Source of the DNA: Sphingomonadaceae bacterium | Lineage (GTDB): Bacteria; Pseudomonadota; Alphaproteobacteria; Sphingomonadales; Sphingomonadaceae | Length of the DNA: 64,000 bases | Direction: 5' to 3' | Assembly (NCBI GenBank): GCA_025359445.1 | Contig: JANYGB010000063.1 | Span: 621 to 64,620 of the forward strand | In this document: positions 1 through 6,528 of the stretch, piece after piece | Layout: each line of letters starts with the position of its first letter | How positions within the stretch are numbered: position 1 is the stretch's first letter | The notes under the pieces: model-generated | Told to the model about the DNA's origin: nothing | Database searches by the model: none | Seen by the model: the letters and a program-made list of their open reading frames with translations, nothing else | Program-made: the position numbers and the translations under genes

Positions 1-2
1 AG

Positions 3-476
3 GAGCTCGATTACGACAAGCTCAGCCTTACGATCGAAACCGACGGCACGATCAGCCCCGAAGATGCCGTGGCCTATGCCGCGCGGATCCTGCAGGACCA
101 GCTGTCACTGTTCGTGCACTTCGAAGACGCGATGCCGGTGGGCGGTTCGCCGATGATCGGCATGGCCGCCGCGCCGAGCGAAGAAGGCGATACCAACCAG
201 CTCAACCGTTACCTGCTCAAGAAGGTCGACGAGCTCGAGCTGTCGGTGCGCAGCGCCAATTGCCTCAAGAACGACAACATCATCTACATCGGCGATCTGG
301 TCCAGAAGACCGAAGCCGAGATGCTGCGCACGCCCAACTTCGGCCGCAAGTCGCTTAACGAGATCAAGGAAGTGCTGTCCAGCATGGGTCTGCGCCTCGG
401 CATGGACATCCCCGGCTGGCCGCCCGAGAACATCGAAGAAATGGCCAAGAAGCTCGAGCAGGAACTGCTGGGTTAA
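3..476 (+). CDS. rpoA: RNA polymerase alpha subunit, C-terminal part (gene starts before the window)
   Basis: Alpha-CTD sequence [55 protein letters not shown]. Confidence 0.99.
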   Translation, partial: ELDYDKLSLTIETDGTISPEDAVAYAARILQDQLSLFVHFEDAMPVGGSPMIGMAAAPSEEGDTNQLNRYLLKKVDELELSVRSANCLKNDNIIYIGDLVQKTEAEMLRTPNFGRKSLNEIKEVLSSMGLRLGMDIPGWPPENIEEMAKKLEQELLG

Positions 477-541
477 AGACGCCATTTTCGGGGACAAGCT
501 ATTGCGTGTCCCCGCAAAATGTCTGCCCGACCAACAAACAC

Positions 542-572
542 AAAGGGCCGTCCCGCAAGGGGCGGCTCTTTT
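542..572 (+). terminator. Intrinsic terminator after rpoA
   Basis: Hairpin AAAGGGCCGTCCC-GCAA-GGGGCGGCTC followed by TTTT. Confidence 0.8.
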
Positions 573-596
573 CGTTGGCGCACCAACCTCAATGAT

Positions 597-735
597 CGTC
601 ATGCTGAACTTGTTTCAGCACCCATCGGGCCGCGCTCACGGAGCAAGCAAGCCGAAGCGTAACGGCACCGTTGCGCACCCCTTCTTACACTGGGTGAGCA
701 GGCGAAATGGGCCCTGAAACGAGTTCAGGGTGACG
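597..735. repeat. CGTC-tagged palindromic REP-like element, subfamily 2 (CTGAACTTGTTTCAG arms)
   Basis: Arms CGTCATGCTGAACTTGTTTCAG and CTGAAACGAGTTCAGGGTGACG; sister copy at 60434-60572. Confidence 0.85.
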
Positions 736-772
736 AAGTTGGATAAAGGTGCGCGGTAGAGCGAGACAATGA

Positions 773-791
773 TTTAACCAAATAGGTTAAA
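773..791. promoter_or_regulatory. Inverted repeat TTTAACC-N5-GGTTAAA (two CtrA-like half sites) abutting a -35 box
   Basis: Perfect 7-bp arms seen directly; the CtrA assignment is inference because the spacing is not canonical TTAA-N7-TTAA. Confidence 0.45.
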
Positions 792-795
792 AATA

Positions 796-824
796 TTGAC
801 ATCGTAACGCTATTGCGCTAAACG
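796..824 (+). promoter_or_regulatory. Sigma70-type promoter upstream of the terminase small subunit-like gene
   Basis: TTGACA-N17-TAAACG, with GCTAAAC resembling the alphaproteobacterial -10 element. Confidence 0.6.
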
Positions 825-874
825 CTCGAACTCTGGCGCAGTTCCCCTCCGCGCCCATATGTGAACCCCCAACC

Positions 875-1378
875 ATGCCCAAACCCACCCCCGCCGCCGC
901 GCCAGCGGAGGCCTCGATCCGCCGCGCGATCAACAACCAGACCAAGCTGATCCGCACCACCGGCAAGCGCTGGTCGGCGCGGGCAGAGGCAGCGTTCCTC
1001 GAAACGCTTGCCGCCACTGCCAATGTCTCCGCCGCGGCTGAGGCGGCGGGGTTCTCCACCACCGCGATCTACCGGCGGCGGCTCAACGATGCGCACTTCG
1101 CCGCGCGCTGGGCCGAGGCGATGGAGGTGGGCTACACCCGGCTCGAATGCCTGGCGATCGAAGCGGGCGCGGCGGCGCTGAGCGGGACCCCGCTTGGTGC
1201 CGGTAAGCCGCTCCCGCCCATGACCGCCGCCGACGTACTCAACCTGCTGCGGCTGCACCAGGCGGGGGTGCGCGGCGGACGAGCGCAGCGGTATGACTGG
1301 CGCAGGGCGGAGCCGGACATCGAGGATGTGCGCGCGGAGATACTGCGGCGGGTGGCGGTAATGGGGGGCAGCGCGTGA
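875..1378 (+). CDS. Terminase small subunit-like HTH protein (GTA/phage-like)
   Basis: Helical HTH-like core AFLETLAATANVSAAAEAAGFSTTAIYRRR..FAARWAEAMEVGYTRLE, typical of small proteins preceding large terminases in sphingomonads; same strand as the TerL at 4401. Confidence 0.6.
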   Translation: MPKPTPAAAPAEASIRRAINNQTKLIRTTGKRWSARAEAAFLETLAATANVSAAAEAAGFSTTAIYRRRLNDAHFAARWAEAMEVGYTRLECLAIEAGAAALSGTPLGAGKPLPPMTAADVLNLLRLHQAGVRGGRAQRYDWRRAEPDIEDVRAEILRRVAVMGGSA

Positions 1379-1522
1379 TTGTGAGTTGATGGATTCGCTC
1401 GACTAGCAAGCTTTGCGTCCCATCTTAGATGGTCGTGACTTCGGGTTTGCCCCCCAGTTCCCGACTGTCAGCTTTTGCGCGCTGGCGGCGACTTGTGATG
1501 TCGCCGCGTACCCTTGAAGCGT

Positions 1523-1996
1523 TTACGAAATTGTCGGCGATAGATGGGCGTGGCCGGTGTGGCTGTGATCATGTTTGTGCTCGTGCTGGTCACCGGGTTC
1601 TACGCCGACCAGATTCAGCATCACCGACCGTACTCCGCGTTCAGCGCGAACGCTGTCTGCAAACTGGTTGAGTGCCTTTGTCGTGCCCTTGAGCATGACT
1701 CCTTCCAGAGTGCTGCTGTGATCCAATTCGATGGATGTCGAGCAAGCGATCAAATCATGATGGGCGTGCTGCAAATCAGACAGCCGACTGGCGAGGCTGC
1801 GGACCCGGCGATCATAGATGTAAGACAAGTTGCCGACGCTGTATTTATGAACCGATTGAGCGCTGTTGAGACGGCTCATCGCCTCGCGCACTATGTCACG
1901 TATTCCCTCGGAGCGGCTTCGATAGCCGGTCGCGCCGAGGAACTCGTCCAGCGCCCCGGCTAAGGGATCATCGAGCGATATGGTAATTCGCGGCAT
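1523..1996 (-). CDS. nikR: NikR-family ribbon-helix-helix metalloregulator with atypical metal site and His-rich tail
   Basis: RITISLDD..GYRSRSEGIRD RHH domain, NikR C-terminal domain (QHAHHDL..LKG..FADSVRAERGVR), tail QHEHKHDHSHTGHAH; start set at ATG 1996. Confidence 0.85.
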   Translation of the reverse strand: MPRITISLDDPLAGALDEFLGATGYRSRSEGIRDIVREAMSRLNSAQSVHKYSVGNLSYIYDRRVRSLASRLSDLQHAHHDLIACSTSIELDHSSTLEGVMLKGTTKALNQFADSVRAERGVRSVMLNLVGVEPGDQHEHKHDHSHTGHAHLSPTIS

Positions 1997-2204
1997 TTGC
2001 GTTCGAGTCCTTCCTGCGCGGCCTTTGGTCAAGTTCATACAGCTGCCGAGGCCAAGCTCCAACTGAACTGCGCCTGATGCTGCCGAGGAAGCGCGACGGC
2101 GCGATTTCATAACTTAGTAAATATAATTATGCACCAAAGGCAACTTTTTCGAGCGCGCGGCGTATTTTGATTAGCCCCATCCGGTGAGGGCTAAGGAGCT
2201 GCTT

Positions 2205-4259
2205 ATGGGTAAATCCGTTTGGTCGTTGCCGTTGATCGCTTTGGCAACGCCAGCCTTCGCGCAGGAGCAGTTGCCGTCCCCGGAAAGCGAGCGGCCAGCG
2301 ATCATCGTCACTGGCTCGCGGATCAGCCAGCTTGGCGTTGCGGACAGCGCCAACGCTGGCGTTGTTACAACCGAACAACTTGCCGCCCGAACGGTCTATC
2401 GTCCCGGCGAACTGCTTGAGGTCACACCAGGGCTGATCGTCAGCCAGCACAGCGGCGAGGGCAAGGCCAACCAGTTCTATTTGCGCGGCTTCAACCTCGA
2501 TCACGGCACCGATCTGCGAACGACCGTCGACGGGATGCTGGTCAACCAACGCAGTCATAGCCACGGGCAGGGGTGGACCGATGTAAACTTCCTGATCCCT
2601 GAGCTTGCGGGCACGCTCGAATATCGCAAAGGCCCCTATTCAGCGCAGGACGGCGATTTTGCAGCTGCTGGTTCGGTGAGCGTAAACTACGTGAACACGC
2701 TCCCAGATACTCTGGTCAGTCTGGGGTTTGGCGAGAATGGCTATCGCCGGGCATTGATCGCGGGATCGCCAGCGGTAGCTGGAGGCCATCTGCTTTATGC
2801 GCTCGAGCTGTTTCACAACGATGGTCCGTTCACCAAAGGCGACAACTATCGCAAGATCAACGGAGTAGTGCGATATTCACACGGCTCGGCAGCGTCGGGC
2901 TTTAATATCACCGGAATGGCTTACGAAGCGAGCTACAATGCGACCGACCAGATCCCCAAGCGAACGGTGGACGCTGGCACGCTTGACCGGTTCAGTTCGA
3001 TCGACCCCACCGATGGGGGCAAAGTTCATCGCTACAGCCTGTCCGCCGCCTGGCATGGCACCACCGAGAACACGGCAACCAAGGTAAACGCTTACGTCAT
3101 CGATAACCGGCTCCGGATATACTCTAATTTCACGTACTTTCTCGACGACCCAGTCAACGGCGATCAGTTCGCTCAGCCCGATGACCGCACCAGTTTTGCG
3201 CTCAACGCAAGCCATGCGCGGCGCTTCACGCTGTTCGGCCGCCCCAGCGAAATCACATTCGGCATCCAGGGCCAAAGGGATGCGATCAGCAATGGCCTGC
3301 TGAATACCAGAGCGCGGCAAGAGCTCTCTGAAACCCGACGCGATCGCATCAGGGAAACCAGCGTCGGCGCGTATCTTGAAAATACGGTTCACTGGACGGA
3401 CACATTTCGAACGGTCGCGGGGCTGCGCGAGGATTACTACGAGTTCGATGTAAGAAGCTCTTTGGCCGCAAACTCCGGCAAGACGCACGCCGCACTGCTT
3501 AGCCCGAAACTGAGCCTGATTTTCGGGCCGTGGTCCAAGACCGAGTTTTACGTGAACGCTGGTGCCGGCTTTCACAGCAATGACGCGCGGGGCACTGTGA
3601 TCTCCGTCGATCCAAAAACCGGCGACCCCGCCGACCGCGTGCCTGGTCTGGTCCGGGCCAAGGGCGTCGAAGCCGGCATCCGCACCGAAATCGTGCCGCA
3701 CTTGCAAAGCACCTTGTCGGTTTATGGGCTCGATTTCGATTCCGAACTGATTTTTGCGGGCGATGCCGGAACCACATTTGCCGGGCGGCCAAGCAGAAGG
3801 GTCGGGATTGAGTTCTCGAATTACTACAAGCCCACGCACTGGCTCACCATAGACGCTGATCTTGCCTTCGCGCAGGCCAGGTTCCGCGACGCTGATCCAG
3901 TTGGTCGGCGCATACCGGGCGCGGTCGAAGGCGTGGCTTCAATCGCTCTGTCGGTTGCTGATCTGGGGCCTTACTTCGGTGCGCTGCAATTCCGCTATTT
4001 CGGGCCGCGTCCGCTGATCGAAGATAACAGCGTGCGATCGAAATCCACAGCAACGCTGAACGGCAGGTTAGGTTACAAGATAGGGCCGGGAACAACGATC
4101 GAGCTTGAGGGATTCAACTTGCTCGACGCGAAAAGCTCAGCAATTGACTATTACTATCAGTCGCGGCTGCCGAATGAGGGCCCGGACGGGCAGGATGACA
4201 TCCATTTTCACCCGATCGAATCCCGGTCAGTGCGCGTGAACCTGATCGCACATTTTTAG
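2205..4259 (+). CDS. TonB-dependent outer membrane receptor, probably for a divalent metal
   Basis: Signal peptide, IIVTGS TonB-box region, plug motif GKANQFYLRGFNLDHGTD, His motifs RSHSHGQG and DDIHFHP, C-terminal Phe; SD AAGGAG before ATG 2205; divergent from nikR. Confidence 0.92.
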   Translation: MGKSVWSLPLIALATPAFAQEQLPSPESERPAIIVTGSRISQLGVADSANAGVVTTEQLAARTVYRPGELLEVTPGLIVSQHSGEGKANQFYLRGFNLDHGTDLRTTVDGMLVNQRSHSHGQGWTDVNFLIPELAGTLEYRKGPYSAQDGDFAAAGSVSVNYVNTLPDTLVSLGFGENGYRRALIAGSPAVAGGHLLYALELFHNDGPFTKGDNYRKINGVVRYSHGSAASGFNITGMAYEASYNATDQIPKRTVDAGTLDRFSSIDPTDGGKVHRYSLSAAWHGTTENTATKVNAYVIDNRLRIYSNFTYFLDDPVNGDQFAQPDDRTSFALNASHARRFTLFGRPSEITFGIQGQRDAISNGLLNTRARQELSETRRDRIRETSVGAYLENTVHWTDTFRTVAGLREDYYEFDVRSSLAANSGKTHAALLSPKLSLIFGPWSKTEFYVNAGAGFHSNDARGTVISVDPKTGDPADRVPGLVRAKGVEAGIRTEIVPHLQSTLSVYGLDFDSELIFAGDAGTTFAGRPSRRVGIEFSNYYKPTHWLTIDADLAFAQARFRDADPVGRRIPGAVEGVASIALSVADLGPYFGALQFRYFGPRPLIEDNSVRSKSTATLNGRLGYKIGPGTTIELEGFNLLDAKSSAIDYYYQSRLPNEGPDGQDDIHFHPIESRSVRVNLIAHF

Positions 4260-4400
4260 GATCGCTTAGGTCGACGCACCCTCCCAGGATCGACATATCC
4301 CTTAGCTTGTGGGGGCATTCAGGGTGTCCGCAATCGGGTCGTTTCCGGACGGTCCGCTTGTTGCATTCCGACCGCGACTTCCCCCCATTAAAGAGAAAAA

Positions 4401-5915
4401 GTGCCCATCATCCCCGAAATTCTCCGCAGCGCCGATCCTGCGTTGCGGGAGAGGATTGTCAGGTTTTTGCCCGAGGCGCAGTTGCGGGCTTTGGCACGCA
4501 GCTTTCCCGAGTGGGCGCATCTGGGGCAGCTTCCGCCCGTCTCGATCCCCACCGGCGGTGACTGGCGGACCTGGGTGATCATGGCCGGGCGCGGGTTTGG
4601 CAAGACGCGGGCGGGGGCGGAGTGGGTTTTGGACTGCGTGCGGGCCCACGCCCAAACTCGTCACCCCGGCGCAGGCCGGGGCCCAGCACGGAAAAAATTG
4701 CCACGAAGCGACGCTTGTTTGTTTGGTCTGGGTCCCGGCCTGCGCCGGGATGACGTGAGGGCAGGGGTGGGGGCGATCGAGAAGGGCGCGACTGGCGCAA
4801 GCCCCCTCCGTCAGCGCTCCGCACTGCCACCTCCCCCAGTGGGGGAAGATCTGAGAATAGCGCTGGTCGCCGCCACTGCTGACGAAGCCCGCGCTGTCAT
4901 GGTGGAGGGGCCGAGCGGCATCCTGGCTTGCGCGGGGCCGAACGAGATTGCCGACTGGTTGCCTTCGCGCGGGCTGCTCAAATTTGCCTCGGGGGCGGAG
5001 GCTACGCTCTATTCGGGGGCCTCGCCCAATGCCTTGCGCGGGCCGCAGCATCATTTTGCCTGGTGCGACGAGCTGGCGAAGTGGCGGCATCCGCTGTCGA
5101 CGTGGGACATGCTCCAGTTCGGGCTGCGCTGCGGTCCGGCTCCACGCGCGCTGGTCACGACCACCCCGCGCGGGGGCTGTGCGGCGTTGGCGGAGATTTT
5201 GGCCGCGCCCGATACGGTGCAAACCGGCGGGGCGAGCTCGGCCAATCCGCATCTGCCGCCCGCATTCCTATCTGCGGTGACCGTGCGCTATGGCGGGACG
5301 CGGCTGGGGCGCGAGGAGCTGGATGGCGAGTTTCTGAGCGAGATTGCGGGATCGCTGTGGCCGCTGGCTTTGCTCGATGCGAGCCGGGGGCCGATGCCTG
5401 CACCGGAGACCTTGCGCCGGGTGGTGGTCGCGGTCGATCCGCCGGCCAGCGCGGCGGGGACGTGCGGGATCGTGGCCTGCGGGCTCGATGCGGGCGGCGT
5501 GGCGCATGTGCTGGCGGATTGCTCGGCGGAAGGCTTGTCGCCGGAGGGCTGGGCGCGCGCGGTCGCGGCGGCGGCGGAGGCGTGGCAAGCCGACCGGGTG
5601 GTGGCGGAGAAGAACCAGGGCGGCGACATGGTCCGCTCGGTGTTGCGTGCGGCCGGGCTGGTCTTGCCGCTGACGCTCGTCTCGGCAACGCGCAGCAAAG
5701 TGCGGCGGGCCGAGCCGGTGGCGGGGCTGTTCGAAAGCGGACGGGCGCGGCTGGCGGGGCGCTTTCCCGAACTGGAGACGCAGCTTTCCGGGTTGGTGGC
5801 GGGCGGGGATTATATGGGGCCGGGCAAGTCGCCCGACCGCGCCGATGCGATGGTCTGGGCGCTGCACGCGCTGATGTTCGCCGCGCGCGGGCCGGTACGG
5901 GTCTCCCGGCCGTGA
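4401..5915 (+). CDS. Terminase large subunit (Terminase_6/RcGTA g2-like DNA packaging ATPase-nuclease) with in-frame repeat insertion
   Basis: Walker A GRGFGKT, Walker B FAWCDE, coupling motif VTTTP, nuclease motifs VVAVDPP, AEKNQGG and SPDRADA are all intact. Confidence 0.93.
   Translation: MPIIPEILRSADPALRERIVRFLPEAQLRALARSFPEWAHLGQLPPVSIPTGGDWRTWVIMAGRGFGKTRAGAEWVLDCVRAHAQTRHPGAGRGPARKKLPRSDACLFGLGPGLRRDDVRAGVGAIEKGATGASPLRQRSALPPPPVGEDLRIALVAATADEARAVMVEGPSGILACAGPNEIADWLPSRGLLKFASGAEATLYSGASPNALRGPQHHFAWCDELAKWRHPLSTWDMLQFGLRCGPAPRALVTTTPRGGCAALAEILAAPDTVQTGGASSANPHLPPAFLSAVTVRYGGTRLGREELDGEFLSEIAGSLWPLALLDASRGPMPAPETLRRVVVAVDPPASAAGTCGIVACGLDAGGVAHVLADCSAEGLSPEGWARAVAAAAEAWQADRVVAEKNQGGDMVRSVLRAAGLVLPLTLVSATRSKVRRAEPVAGLFESGRARLAGRFPELETQLSGLVAGGDYMGPGKSPDRADAMVWALHALMFAARGPVRVSRP
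4659..4755. repeat. CGTC-tagged palindromic element, subfamily 1, inside the terL reading frame
   Basis: Arms CGTCACCCCGGCGCAGGCCGGGGCCCAG and CTGGGTCCCGGCCTGCGCCGGGATGACG, same arms as intergenic copies at 10306, 43665 and 50306. Confidence 0.92.
4802..4850. repeat. Second short palindromic repeat unit inside terL
   Basis: CCCCTCCGTCAGC..GCCACCTCCCCCAGTGGGGGAAGAT ending in a TCCCCC-AGT-GGGGGA hairpin like the other repeat hairpins in the window. Confidence 0.6.
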
Positions 5916-5922
5916 TCGCGGC

Positions 5923-5951
5923 TTGACATTGGCGGCGGAATCGCGTTGAGG
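5923..5951 (+). promoter_or_regulatory. Candidate independent promoter for rplQ
   Basis: Perfect TTGACA at 5923-5928; the -10 element is weak. Confidence 0.35.
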
Positions 5952-6031
5952 GCGGCGCTCTGGCGGCTGGCATTTTGCCCCGCCTGCTACGGGCTACCTG
6001 ATCCGGGCCCCTAACGAACGAGGACTGTATT

Positions 6032-6442
6032 ATGCGTCATAAAGTTGGCGGGCGTAAGCTCAATCGCACGACGTCTCACCGCAAGGCACTGTTTCGTAAC
6101 ATGGCCGCAGCACTGATCAAGCACGAGCAAATCACCACCACGCTGCCCAAGGCGCGCGAACTGCGCCCTTATGTCGAAAAGCTGATCACGCTGGCGAAGC
6201 ACGGCGGGCTGTCGAACCGCCGCCTGGCGCACGCCCGGCTGCTCGATGATGCGCAGCTGGTGAAGCTGTTCGATGTGCTGGCCGCGCGCTACGCCGACCG
6301 CGCCGGGGGCTATACCCGCGTGATCAAAGCCGGGATCCGCGCCGGTGACGCATCGCCGATGGCGGTGATCGAACTGGTCGAGCGCGATGTCGATGCCAAG
6401 GGCAAGGACTCGGGCCCGGTGTTCACCGCCGACGACGAATAA
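6032..6442 (+). CDS. rplQ: 50S ribosomal protein L17
   Basis: [52 protein letters not shown]. Confidence 0.99.
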   Translation: MRHKVGGRKLNRTTSHRKALFRNMAAALIKHEQITTTLPKARELRPYVEKLITLAKHGGLSNRRLAHARLLDDAQLVKLFDVLAARYADRAGGYTRVIKAGIRAGDASPMAVIELVERDVDAKGKDSGPVFTADDE

Positions 6443-6474
6443 TCCCTGGCATTCGTCGAACGACGAATTGCAAT

Positions 6475-6516
6475 GGCGGCGGCAGGTTCTACCCTGATCG
6501 CCGCCTTTTGCTTTTT
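6475..6516 (+). terminator. Intrinsic terminator after rplQ
   Basis: Hairpin GGCGGCGGCAGG..CCTGATCGCCGCC followed by TTTTGCTTTTT. Confidence 0.7.
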
Positions 6517-6528
6517 GGGGAGAATGCA

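Noticed and set aside
1997-2204. Cobalamin or NiCo riboswitch before the TBDR
   Set aside because: No recognisable B12 box or conserved multi-stem core; the region is short and shared with the nikR promoter.
875-5915. Intact prophage
   Set aside because: Only the terminase genes are present; there is no integrase, portal, capsid, tail or lysis gene and no att-like direct repeat was found.
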